NCBI GenBank assembly: GCA_016794525.1
Contig: JAEUJY010000077.1
Span: forward strand, 1-45,090
Source: Myxococcales bacterium
Lineage (GTDB): Bacteria > Myxococcota_A > Polyangia > Haliangiales > Haliangiaceae
Direction: 5' to 3'
Length of the DNA: 45,090 nt
Positions 1 to 7,839 of the stretch are shown in pieces. A program made the position numbers and the translations under genes. The notes under the pieces are model-generated. The model was not told the origin of the DNA. It made no database searches and saw nothing but the letters and a program-made list of their open reading frames with translations. Position 1 is the stretch's first letter. Every line of letters starts with the position of its first letter.

Positions 1-14
1 CCGGCTGAGCCGGG

Positions 15-131
15 CCGCGATCAGTTTGGCCGCCTCGACCGCGCCACTTGGCCGACCCCGATCCGGGCCTCGAGGCCCTGTGGACAACCGCGATCAGTTT
101 GGCCGCCCTTGGCGCGATCAGTACCCCCGCC
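15..131. repeat. 20-bp perfect direct repeat CCGCGATCAGTTTGGCCGCC at 15..34 and 88..107, plus a degenerate third copy at about 111..131
   Basis: Read directly in the sequence. The shared core CGCGATCAGT occurs three times within 120 bp at the window start. Confidence 0.6.
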
Positions 132-208
132 CGTTGACACGGCGACCGCGGATCTCAACGCGCCGCCGGCGTGATGACGGCGGGGTGGCGGCCGATAGGG
201 CCGATAGA

Positions 209-418
209 TCAGGTCTTCAGCGCGCGCTTCACGTCCGCCCATGACACCCCCAGCGCGCCGCCGCGCGCCTCCGCGGCCCGCCGTTCGATCTCGGCGTGGT
301 CGTCGATCGAGATCCCGGGCGGGGGCTCGAAGCTGTCGAGCAAGTGCGCCGCCAGCTACTCGCGCTCGGCGACGGAGAGCGCTATCGCCTGGTCAAGCAG
401 CTCCGCCAGCGTGGCCAT
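209..418 (-). pseudogene. Putative addiction-module antitoxin (TIGR02574-like) interrupted by an in-frame TAG at 356..358
   Basis: Minus-strand translation from the ATG at 418 gives MATLAELLDQAIALSVAERE, then TAG, then LAAHLLDSFEPPPGISIDDHAEIERRAAEARGGALGVSWADVKRALKT ending at TGA 209..211. Both halves are in one frame and resemble the small antitoxin family usually paired with RelE/ParE. The amber sits where ERE-Q-LA would be expected. Confidence 0.4.
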
Positions 419-524
419 GCGTCAGCTTACCAGCTAGCCGCCTGGTATCCTCGCCAAGAGTTTCGACGGCGCCACGCGGTTGTCACCGCGCTGTCGCATT
501 CGAGGCCTACGGCCGAGGGTGACC

Positions 525-2231
525 ATGCACAAGCGCGCGCTGTGGACGATCCTGGTGGTGTTCGGGGTGCTGGCGGCGGCGGGCTGCAAGAAGAAGGTGG
601 ACGATGGCGGCGGCTCGAGCCGCCCGCCGTCGTCGACGCCGGCGCCGCCGACCCAGGCGGCGGTCGAGCTGCGGATCGCGTACGGCAGCGAGAAGAAGGC
701 GTGGCTCGAGGAGCAGATCAAGGCGTGGAACGCGACCGGGCCCAAGACGGCCGGCGGCGCGCCGATCAAGGCGGTCGGCGTGGCGAGCGGCTCCGGCGAG
801 GCGATGCAGGCGATCCTCGACGGATCGAGCCGGCCCCACGTGTTCAGCCCGGCGTCGTCGGCTTACGTCGCGCTGCTCAACCAGGCGTGGCTGTCGCGCG
901 ACGGGCACACCAAGGCGCTCGCGCCGGCGGGCGAGCCGATCGTGCTGTCGCCGATCGTGATCGCGATGTGGAAGCCGATGGCCGAGGCGCTGGGCTGGCC
1001 GGGCAAGGACATCGGCTGGGCCGACCTGGTCAAGCTGTCGCGCGACCCCAAGGGCTGGGCCACCTACCAGCGGCCCGAGTGGGGCACCTTCAAGCTGGGC
1101 CACACCCACCCCGAGTACTCGAACTCCGGCCTGCTCGCGGTGCTGGCCGCCGCGTACGCCGGCACCGGCAAGACCGCCGGGCTCACCCCCGACGATCTGG
1201 CCGCGGCACCGACCCGGGCGTTCCTCGAGGAGGTCGAGGACTCGATCGTCCACTACGGCAAGTCGACCAGCCTGTTCATCGACAAGATGGTCGAGCGTGG
1301 GCCGACGTACCTGTCGGCCGCCGTGCTGTACGAGAACCTCGTCATCGAGGCCAACTCGAAGACGCCCGCCCCGTCGCCACCGCTGGTGGCGATCTACCCC
1401 GTCGAGGGCACGTTCTGGAGCGACCACCCGTACGCGGTCCTCGACGCGGAGTGGGTCGGCGCCGACGAGCGCGCGGCGGCGCAGGCGTTCCTGGCGTTCG
1501 TGAAGGCGCGGCCGGCGCAGGAGCGCGCGCTGGCGCTCGGGTTCCGCCCGGCCGATCCGGCGATCGCGATGGCCGCCCCGATCGACGCCGCCCACGGCGC
1601 CGACCCGCAGCAACCGCAGACGCTGCTGGCGGTGCCCGACGGCGCGACGCTCGAGAAGCTGGTCGCCGCGTGGCGCGCCACCAAGAAGGCCAGCGAGGTG
1701 ACGCTGGTGTTCGACAAGTCGGGCAGCATGGAGGGCCAGCCGCTGGCCGAGGCCAAGTCGGGCGCCGCGACGTTCCTCGACACGCTCGACGATCGCGACC
1801 GGGTGACGCTGGTGTTCTTCGACGACAAGGTCTACCCGCCGATCGGCCCGGTCGAGCTGGGGCCGTCCCGCGCGATGCTGCGCCAGCGCATCGAGGGCAC
1901 GATCGCCTCGGGCGGCACCGCGCTCTACGACGCGGTGGCCGAGGCCCACGCGGCGATGCGCGGCAAGGTCGCCAAGAACCCGCACCGCATCCACGCGATG
2001 GTGGTGATGACCGACGGCGTCGACGAGAACTCGTCGACCACCTTGCCCAAGGTGACCAAGCAGGTCACCGTCGAGGGCGACGCGGCGGTCAGCATCTTCA
2101 CGATCGCCTACGGCACCGAGACCAACCCCGACGCCCTGACCCAGATCGCGGAGAAGTCGCGCGGCACCTTCTCGCGCGGTAGCGTCGCCGACATCCGCGC
2201 GGTGTTCCGCGACATCGGCACGTTCTTCTGA
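525..2231 (+). CDS. Lipoprotein: periplasmic solute-binding (PBP type 2-like) domain fused to a C-terminal von Willebrand factor A domain
   Basis: Signal peptide plus lipobox MHKRALWTILVVFGVLAAAGC followed by a KKK tract. The N-terminal roughly 380 aa is paralogous to CDS 3039..4247 (shared KLGHT.P..SNSGL and FSPASS/WSPADS motifs). The C-terminal part carries a MIDAS-type DxSxS motif (VTLVFDKSGSM), later T and D residues, and AYGTE. Confidence 0.8.
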   Translation: MHKRALWTILVVFGVLAAAGCKKKVDDGGGSSRPPSSTPAPPTQAAVELRIAYGSEKKAWLEEQIKAWNATGPKTAGGAPIKAVGVASGSGEAMQAILDGSSRPHVFSPASSAYVALLNQAWLSRDGHTKALAPAGEPIVLSPIVIAMWKPMAEALGWPGKDIGWADLVKLSRDPKGWATYQRPEWGTFKLGHTHPEYSNSGLLAVLAAAYAGTGKTAGLTPDDLAAAPTRAFLEEVEDSIVHYGKSTSLFIDKMVERGPTYLSAAVLYENLVIEANSKTPAPSPPLVAIYPVEGTFWSDHPYAVLDAEWVGADERAAAQAFLAFVKARPAQERALALGFRPADPAIAMAAPIDAAHGADPQQPQTLLAVPDGATLEKLVAAWRATKKASEVTLVFDKSGSMEGQPLAEAKSGAATFLDTLDDRDRVTLVFFDDKVYPPIGPVELGPSRAMLRQRIEGTIASGGTALYDAVAEAHAAMRGKVAKNPHRIHAMVVMTDGVDENSSTTLPKVTKQVTVEGDAAVSIFTIAYGTETNPDALTQIAEKSRGTFSRGSVADIRAVFRDIGTFF

Positions 2232-2262
2232 TCGCACCGTCCTACTGATCGCCACACCACCC

Positions 2263-3042
2263 ATGGCCCCTCGCTCTCCCTTCGCGCGCGTGTTCGCCCG
2301 GGCCGCCGCCGGTCCGGTCAACCTCGGCGTGGCCGGGGCCGCGGTGGTCGGCGCGGTCGCGCTCGCCAGCTGGCCGATCGCGGTGCTGGGCGGCGCGGCC
2401 TACGCGGCGCTGGTCGCGGTCGACATCACCAACAGCGGCTTCCGCCGCAAGGTGCTGTCGGGGCGCGACGCCCGGCCGGCGCTGCCCGATCCCAAGACGC
2501 TCGAGGATCCCGCGCTCAAGAAGGCGGCGACCGCGGTCGCGACCGCCCGCGCCGAGATCGATCGCGTCGCCAAGGGCGTGCCCGATCGCATCCGCGCCAA
2601 CGTCGCCGGATCGCTGGCCGCCACCGACGAGCTGGTCGGGCACGCCGCCGCGTTGATCGTGCGCGGCGACGCGCTGGCCCGCTACCTGGCCAAGGCCAGC
2701 CGCGCCGACGCCGAGCTCGAGGTCGAGCAGCTCGACGCGCTGGTCGCGGCTGCGACCGACGACGCCGCCCGCCAGCAGTACGCGCTGGCCGCCGAGGCCG
2801 GCCGCGCGCGGGTCAAGTCGCTCGACGAGATCGCCAAGGCCCACCAGCGCATCCTGGCCAACCTGACCCGGCTGGTCGCGGCGCTGCGCGGCGTGCCGAC
2901 CAGCCTGGTGTCGCTGCAGGCCCTCGACGATCAGGCGTCGGACTCGCTCACCGGCAACGTCAGCGGCGATCTGGAGCGGATGAACATCGAGCTGCGGGCG
3001 TTCGAGGACACCCTCGCAACCCTGGTGGAGGTACCGACGTGA
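2263..3042 (+). CDS. Membrane protein with two N-terminal TM helices and a long coiled-coil/helical C-terminal region (hypothetical)
   Basis: Normal amino-acid composition. Hydrophobic stretches VNLGVAGAAVVGAVALASWPIAVLGGAAYAALVAV are followed by a charged helical domain. The stop TGA 3040..3042 overlaps the GTG start of the next gene (GTGA), implying translational coupling. Confidence 0.6.
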   Translation: MAPRSPFARVFARAAAGPVNLGVAGAAVVGAVALASWPIAVLGGAAYAALVAVDITNSGFRRKVLSGRDARPALPDPKTLEDPALKKAATAVATARAEIDRVAKGVPDRIRANVAGSLAATDELVGHAAALIVRGDALARYLAKASRADAELEVEQLDALVAAATDDAARQQYALAAEAGRARVKSLDEIAKAHQRILANLTRLVAALRGVPTSLVSLQALDDQASDSLTGNVSGDLERMNIELRAFEDTLATLVEVPT

Positions 3043-4247
3043 AGCAGAAGGTCGCGATCATCGGAGCGTTCGTCGCGTTCGCCGTGGTGCTGATCCTCGT
3101 GGTCGGCGGCGGCGGCAAGAAGAAGGGTGGTGACAAGCCGGCGCCAGGACCGCCGCCGGCCCCCGCCGGCAGCGGCACGTCGTCCGCCGGCGGCAAGGTC
3201 ATGATCGACTTCCTGTACTCCAGCGAGAAGAAGGACTGGATCGACGCGGCGATCGTCGAGTTCGAGAAGGCCAACCCCGACGTCGACGTGGTCGCGGCCA
3301 GCAAGGGCTCGCTCGACGCCGCGTCCGGGATCCTCGACGGCAGCCTCAAGCCGGTGCTGTGGAGCCCGGCCGACTCGCTGATCGTCAACCTGCTCGCCAC
3401 CGACTGGCAGACCAAGTACGGCAAGCGGCCGTTCCCCGCCGACGGCGAGGCCGGGCCGCAGCAGCTGTTGCTGTCGCCGCTGGTGTTCGCGGTGTGGGAA
3501 GACCGCGCCAAGGTGCTGATGGCCGCGTCGGGCGGCGACAGCCTGACGTGGAAGGCGATCCACAAGGCGGTCACGTCGCCCAAGGGCTGGTCGGCGATCG
3601 GCGGCAAGCCGGCCTGGGGCTTCGTCAAGCTCGGCCACACCGACCCCAACAAGTCCAACTCGGGCCTGCAGGCGCTCTTGCTGATGACGCTCGAGTACTA
3701 CACCAAGACCAGCGGCCTCACCGTCGACGAGCTGTTCGACGAGAAGTACCAGACCTGGGTCAAGGAGATCGAGAAGGGCGTGCCGACCTTCGAGGCGTCG
3801 ACCGGCACGTTCATGACCGACATGGTCCGGTTCGGCCCGTCGAAGTACGACATCGCGGTGGTCTACGAGAGCCTCGCGATCTCGCAGCTCGAGAACGCGC
3901 AGGGGCGCTGGGGCAACCTGCGCATCTACTACCCGCCGGTGACGCTGTGGAGCGATCACCCGGTGGTGATGCTCGGCGGCGACTGGGTCACGCCGGCGCA
4001 GGCCAAGGCCGCCGAGCGGCTGATCGCCTACCTGCGCGGCCACGAGGCGCAGAGCATGGCGCTGCGGTTCGGCTTCCGCCCGGCCGACACCTCGCTGCCG
4101 CTCAAGACCAGCGACGGCGCCAACCCGTTCACGCGGCTCGCGCAGTACGGCCTGGCGCTCGAGCTGCCCGAGGCGGCGACCGCGCCCGACGGCGCCGTGG
4201 TGCGCAACCTCCTGATGATGTGGTCGCGCGTCGCGCGGCCGCAGTAG
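3039..4247 (+). CDS. Membrane-anchored periplasmic solute-binding protein, paralog of the N-terminal domain of CDS 525..2231
   Basis: GTG start, N-terminal TM anchor IIGAFVAFAVVLILVV followed by GGGGKKKGG. Clear paralogy with gene 525..2231 (LYSSEKKDWIDAAIVEFEKANP vs IAYGSEKKAWLEEQIKAWNATGP; KLGHTDPNKSNSGL vs KLGHTHPEYSNSGL). No vWA domain. Confidence 0.8.
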   Translation: MKQKVAIIGAFVAFAVVLILVVGGGGKKKGGDKPAPGPPPAPAGSGTSSAGGKVMIDFLYSSEKKDWIDAAIVEFEKANPDVDVVAASKGSLDAASGILDGSLKPVLWSPADSLIVNLLATDWQTKYGKRPFPADGEAGPQQLLLSPLVFAVWEDRAKVLMAASGGDSLTWKAIHKAVTSPKGWSAIGGKPAWGFVKLGHTDPNKSNSGLQALLLMTLEYYTKTSGLTVDELFDEKYQTWVKEIEKGVPTFEASTGTFMTDMVRFGPSKYDIAVVYESLAISQLENAQGRWGNLRIYYPPVTLWSDHPVVMLGGDWVTPAQAKAAERLIAYLRGHEAQSMALRFGFRPADTSLPLKTSDGANPFTRLAQYGLALELPEAATAPDGAVVRNLLMMWSRVARPQ

Positions 4248-4253
4248 CGGTCG

Positions 4254-4847
4254 CTACTTCTTCATCACGAGCACCGTCAGCACGCCCTGCAGCTGCGGCG
4301 CGGTGGCGCTCGAGACGTTGGCGGCGGTGGCGTTCGGGTCGACGGCGATGGCCTTGACCTCGACGGTGTGGTTGCCGGGCGTCAGGTTGTACGAGCGGGC
4401 CATCGACCAGTTGGCGATCATCTGGCCGACCGCCGCCGAGTTGGCGGCGACCACCCGGCGCACGCCGCCCTGGTTGGACGCGATGCCGTCGACGAAGATC
4501 GCGATGTCGACGGCCGAGTAGGCGGTGCCGGCGGCGGTGCACTGGATGCCGCCGTTGGTGCTGACGTGGACCGCGGCGTCGTCGGGCACGGTGATCACCT
4601 GCTGCAGGCCGGGGATCAGCACGTAGCTGGTGATCGCCGACGTCACCGTGAGCTGGCCGGTGCCGTAGATCTCGTAGAGGTTCTGGCCGGTGGTGCCGGC
4701 GGGGCCCGCCGGCCCGGTCGCGCCGATGTTGCCGGTGGCGCCGGTCTGGCCCGGGGGACCCTCGGGGCCGGGCTCGCCGTCGAGACCCGCCGGCCCCGAG
4801 CAAGCGACCGCGAGCAGGAGCGTACCGATCGGCCAGAGCGTGCGCAT
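4254..4847 (-). CDS. Collagen-like triple-helix repeat lipoprotein with a C-terminal globular (BclA/C1q-like) domain
   Basis: Start MRTLWPIGTLLLAVACS (lipobox) at 4845..4847. Thirteen consecutive G-X-Y triplets (GPAGLDGEPGPEGPPGQTGATGNIGATGPAGPAGTTGQN) are followed by a roughly 140-aa beta-rich domain. Convergent with the SBP gene, with stop codons 6 bp apart. Confidence 0.7.
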   Translation of the reverse strand: MRTLWPIGTLLLAVACSGPAGLDGEPGPEGPPGQTGATGNIGATGPAGPAGTTGQNLYEIYGTGQLTVTSAITSYVLIPGLQQVITVPDDAAVHVSTNGGIQCTAAGTAYSAVDIAIFVDGIASNQGGVRRVVAANSAAVGQMIANWSMARSYNLTPGNHTVEVKAIAVDPNATAANVSSATAPQLQGVLTVLVMKK

Positions 4848-4893
4848 CGCGCCGACGCTATCAGAGCGCTCGCCGGCTGTGTCAGCATGCGGC

Positions 4894-6000
4894 ATGCGTC
4901 GCTTCGCCGTCGTCGCTCTCGCCGCGCTCGCGTGCTCGAAGTCCTCGGCCCCGCCGCCGGCGGCGGCCCCGCCGCCGGCCACGCCGCCGACCCCGGTCCC
5001 CGCCGCGCCGGCGAGCTGCCTGCGCGACGTCGGCCAGGTCCAGGCCGCGCGCGGCGCGCCGAGCCAGCCGATGCGGCCGACCCACACCTTCTCGATCGTC
5101 GCGCGCGATCCGGTCACCGGCGATCTCGGCGTCGCGGTGCAGTCGCACTGGTTCGCGGTGGGTGCGCTCGTGACCTGGGCCGAGCCCGGCGTCGGCGCGA
5201 TCGCGACGCAGTCGTTCGCCGAGCCGGCCTACGGGCGCAAGGGCCTCGAGCGGATGCGCGCCGGCGCCAGCGCCCCCGACGCGCTGGCCGCGATCCTGGC
5301 CGAGGACGCCAAGCGCGACGTGCGGCAGGTGGCGTTCGTCGACGGCAAGGGCCAGGTCGCGGCCCACACCGGCGCCGCGAACATCGCGTTCGCCGGGCAC
5401 CACACCGGCGCCGGCTACTCGGTGCAGGCCAACATGATGGCCAACGATCGCGTCGTGCCGGCGATGCAGGCCGCCTACGAGGGCGCCACCGGGGACCTCG
5501 CCGAGCGCCTGCTGGCCACGCTGGCGGCGGCGCAGGCGGCGGGCGGCGACGTCCGCGGCTGCCAGTCGGCGGCCATGCTGATCGTCAAGGGCACGCCCTC
5601 GGCCGAGCCGTCCCACGACACGCTCGTCGACCTGCGCGTCGACGACGCCGCCGATCCGATCGGCGAGCTGGGCCGGCTGCTCAAGCTGCAGCGGGTCTAC
5701 GATCACATGAACGCTGGCGACGCCGCGGTCGAGCGCGGCGACGTCCCCGGCGCCAAGCAGCACTACGGCGCCGCGGCGGCCGCCGCCCCCGACCTGACCG
5801 AGGTCCGCTACTGGAGCGCGGTCGCGCTGGCCTCGGCCGGCGAGCTCGACGCCGCGCTGCCAATGTTCACCAAGATCTTCGCCGAGGACAGCCGGTGGAT
5901 CGAGCTGACCCGCCGCATCCAGCCGGCGGTGGTGCCCGCCACCCCCGAGGGCGACGCGGTGATCCAGAAGATCCTGACCGCCGCGCCGCCGCCGCGCTGA
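4894..6000 (+). CDS. DUF1028 family (Ntn-hydrolase-like) lipoprotein with a C-terminal helical extension
   Basis: Start MRRFAVVALAALACS. The mature part contains THTFSIVARDPVTGDLGVAVQS, matching the TFSI-ARD N-terminal nucleophile signature I associate with DUF1028. Divergent from the collagen-like gene with a 46-bp gap. Confidence 0.7.
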   Translation: MRRFAVVALAALACSKSSAPPPAAAPPPATPPTPVPAAPASCLRDVGQVQAARGAPSQPMRPTHTFSIVARDPVTGDLGVAVQSHWFAVGALVTWAEPGVGAIATQSFAEPAYGRKGLERMRAGASAPDALAAILAEDAKRDVRQVAFVDGKGQVAAHTGAANIAFAGHHTGAGYSVQANMMANDRVVPAMQAAYEGATGDLAERLLATLAAAQAAGGDVRGCQSAAMLIVKGTPSAEPSHDTLVDLRVDDAADPIGELGRLLKLQRVYDHMNAGDAAVERGDVPGAKQHYGAAAAAAPDLTEVRYWSAVALASAGELDAALPMFTKIFAEDSRWIELTRRIQPAVVPATPEGDAVIQKILTAAPPPR

Positions 6001-6030
6001 TCACGCCGGCGGGGTGATACGCTCACGGCG

Positions 6031-6621
6031 ATGGATCAGGATCGCGAGCTGCTCGAGCGGTGGCGCGCAGGCGACCAGGCCGCCGGCCGCGATCTGTTCG
6101 CGCGCTACTTCGATCCGCTGTTCCGGTTCTTCGCCAACAAGTGCAACGAGCCCGACGAGCTGGTCCAGGCGACGTTCTTCGCGCTGGTGAAGGCCCGCGA
6201 TCAGTTCGCCGGCCGCTCGAGCTTCCGCACCTACCTGTTCACGATCGCGCGCAACGAGCTGTACCGCTGGCTGCGCACGTTCAAGCGCGAGCGCGGCTTC
6301 GACCCCGAGCTGTCGTCGATCGCCGAGGTCGCGACCACCGCCGGCTCGCGGCTGGCCCGCAACGAGGAGCACCGCCGGCTGTGCGCCGCGCTGCGCACGC
6401 TGCCGGTCGAGTCGCAGACCCTGCTCGAGCTGCACTACTGGGAGGGCCTCGACGCCACCGCGCTGGCCGAGGTCTTCGACGCCCAGGTCGCCACCATCCG
6501 CCAGCGCCTCTCGCGCGCCCGCCTCGCCCTCAAGGACGCCCTGGCCGCCAGCGCCGGCGCCCCGCTGCCCCTGGCCACGGTCGAGGACATGGACACCTGG
6601 GCGAAGTCGCTGGCGGGATAG
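6031..6621 (+). CDS. ECF (sigma-70 family group IV) RNA polymerase sigma factor
   Basis: Region 2-like FFALVKARDQFAGRSSFRTYLFTIARNELYRWLR and region 4-like LPVESQTLLELHYWEGLDATALAEVFDAQVATIRQRLSRARLAL. No anti-sigma gene follows it. Confidence 0.85.
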   Translation: MDQDRELLERWRAGDQAAGRDLFARYFDPLFRFFANKCNEPDELVQATFFALVKARDQFAGRSSFRTYLFTIARNELYRWLRTFKRERGFDPELSSIAEVATTAGSRLARNEEHRRLCAALRTLPVESQTLLELHYWEGLDATALAEVFDAQVATIRQRLSRARLALKDALAASAGAPLPLATVEDMDTWAKSLAG

Positions 6622-6643
6622 GGCGCCCGGTGGGCGGGCCACT

Positions 6644-6655
6644 TTTTTCGGTCAC
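6644..6655 (+). promoter_or_regulatory. Conserved motif TTTTTCGGTCAC lying 28 nt upstream of the start codon of lipoprotein paralog A
   Basis: The same 12-mer occurs at 7800..7811 and 8948..8959, each with an identical 28-nt spacing to the ATG of paralogs B and C. A -10-like CTTCAT/CTGTAT/GTGTAT follows at a fixed offset. Confidence 0.45.
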
Positions 6656-6683
6656 AACGCCGACCGACCTTCATCCATTGGGC

Positions 6684-7742
6684 ATGAAGCGAACCGTTGT
6701 GGCACTCCCGCTCGCCCTGGCTCTGGCCGCGTGTGTCGATAGCCCTGGGGTCGGGCAGGACGAGAGCGCGGTCGTAAACGGCGATGGCGAAGCCTGTCCC
6801 AAGCTGGGCTGCAGCTCGAACTCGGCGTACCTGGGACCGACCGAGTTCCACGAGCTGGAGGAGACCGGGACTTACGCGAACGCCGAGGGCCTGTACCTCA
6901 AGGGCTTGATCAAGAACGGCGTGACCTGGCGTCCCGACGTCACCGGCACGGTATTGATCGGCTATCGATGGGTGCTGGTCGGCGGGATGCTGACCCGTCA
7001 GACGCTCAGCGGGGCGAACCTGGTCAACGCAGAGCTGGTGGTCAAGAACGCGGCCGGCACCCTCGAGTACCGGATCCGCATCACCAACGCGTCGCAGAAT
7101 CAGCAGTTCTGGCAGGCGCCGATCACCAGCGTGAACACCTACGAGCTCAAGTGGCGGCAGGTGGTGCCGACCTCGACCGACTTCGTCCCGGTGTGCAAGA
7201 ACCCGCCGAACCCGGAGACCGAGGACGGCCCCATCCAGAACACGATCGAGTCGATCCTGTTCACGGGCGATCGCTACGACACCGACACGCTGACGGTCAC
7301 CGCGTCGACGCCGGCCGAGGCGACGACCTGGTTCAACATCGGCTGCGCTGGGACGGTGCTCGCGAAGCTCGCGCTCAACCGGCACACCGACGCGACCAAG
7401 TCGGCCCAGGTCACCACCACTCGCGCCCAGCGCCAGGCGATGCTGAAGATGTACACGTCGGACGTGTGTGGCACGGGCGACGCGCTCACGGTCAGCGGCA
7501 CGCCGCTGCGCTGGTGGAGCGCCACCGGCCTCACCAGCAAGGTCATCCCGACGACCTCCAAGGAGGCGCTGTGGACCCAAAACGGCGCCCTCTGCCTCGA
7601 CACGCATCGGCTCGACGGCACCGCGGACGACATGACCAAGCAGATCGAGGACGCCTGCAAGCGAGCCAACCGGCCGGTCCCGCCACCCTGCGTCGATGTC
7701 TCGAGCCCCTGGGACTTCCGGACCGAGAGCCAGGCTCAATGA
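6684..7742 (+). CDS. Secreted lipoprotein, paralog A of a tandem triplicated Cys-rich family
   Basis: Start MKRTVVALPLALALAAC. Blocks GDGEACPKLGCSSNSAYLGPTEFHELEETGTY, VCKNPPN, FNIGCAGTVLAKLALNRHT, YTSDVC, GALCLDTHRL and ANRPVPPPC are shared with paralogs B and C. Confidence 0.8.
   Translation: MKRTVVALPLALALAACVDSPGVGQDESAVVNGDGEACPKLGCSSNSAYLGPTEFHELEETGTYANAEGLYLKGLIKNGVTWRPDVTGTVLIGYRWVLVGGMLTRQTLSGANLVNAELVVKNAAGTLEYRIRITNASQNQQFWQAPITSVNTYELKWRQVVPTSTDFVPVCKNPPNPETEDGPIQNTIESILFTGDRYDTDTLTVTASTPAEATTWFNIGCAGTVLAKLALNRHTDATKSAQVTTTRAQRQAMLKMYTSDVCGTGDALTVSGTPLRWWSATGLTSKVIPTTSKEALWTQNGALCLDTHRLDGTADDMTKQIEDACKRANRPVPPPCVDVSSPWDFRTESQAQ
7259..7560. repeat. Roughly 300-bp direct repeat, about 88-90% nt identity, between paralog A (about 7259..7560) and paralog B (about 8404..8690)
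   Basis: The DNA aligns directly across the GDRYDTDTLTVTASTPAEATTWFNIGCAGTVLAKLALNRHTDATKSAQVTTTR region. This region is identical at the protein level in A and B but diverged in C. Confidence 0.6.
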
Positions 7743-7799
7743 GCTAACGATCTCAGGCCGTTACGTCGCCGGGTCGCCCAGATGGGGTGACCCGGCGCG

Positions 7800-7811
7800 T
7801 TTTTCGGTCAC
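7800..7811 (+). promoter_or_regulatory. Second copy of TTTTTCGGTCAC, 28 nt upstream of the ATG of paralog B
   Basis: Direct sequence comparison. It is flanked upstream by GGTGACC, which forms an inverted repeat with GGTCAC. Confidence 0.45.
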
Positions 7812-7839
7812 GGCGCGCGTCTTCCTGTATCTACGGGGC

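Noticed and set aside
15-131. Direct repeats at the window start read as a CRISPR array.
   Set aside because: There are only two perfect copies and one degenerate copy. The spacing is irregular (73 and about 25 bp). The repeat is neither palindromic nor CRISPR-like, and no cas genes are present.
296-2321. Long ORFs 296..2182(+) and 507..2321(-) overlapping the SBP-vWA gene. The same pattern recurs across the window, for example 2931..4043(-), 4368..6017(+), 10075..11553(+), 11120..12760(-), 12405..14060(-), 12425..14356(+), 14081..16447(-), 17689..19977(-), 19851..21869(-), 21775..23316(-), 26191..28599(+), 30728..32533(-), 30964..32853(+), 35620..37803(-), 37893..39671(-), 37970..40174(+), 40124..41545(-), 42447..43865(-) and 43214..44359(+).
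   Set aside because: Their composition is extreme Arg/Ala/Gly/Pro. They are typical shadow ORFs of a roughly 70% GC genome, in frames with no stop codons opposite to or offset from real genes, and they carry no recognisable motifs.
6060-7742. 560-aa ORF spanning the ECF sigma gene and lipoprotein A in one frame.
   Set aside because: The first roughly 200 aa are an out-of-frame Arg-rich overlap of the sigma factor gene. The real protein begins at the lipoprotein signal peptide, ATG 6684.
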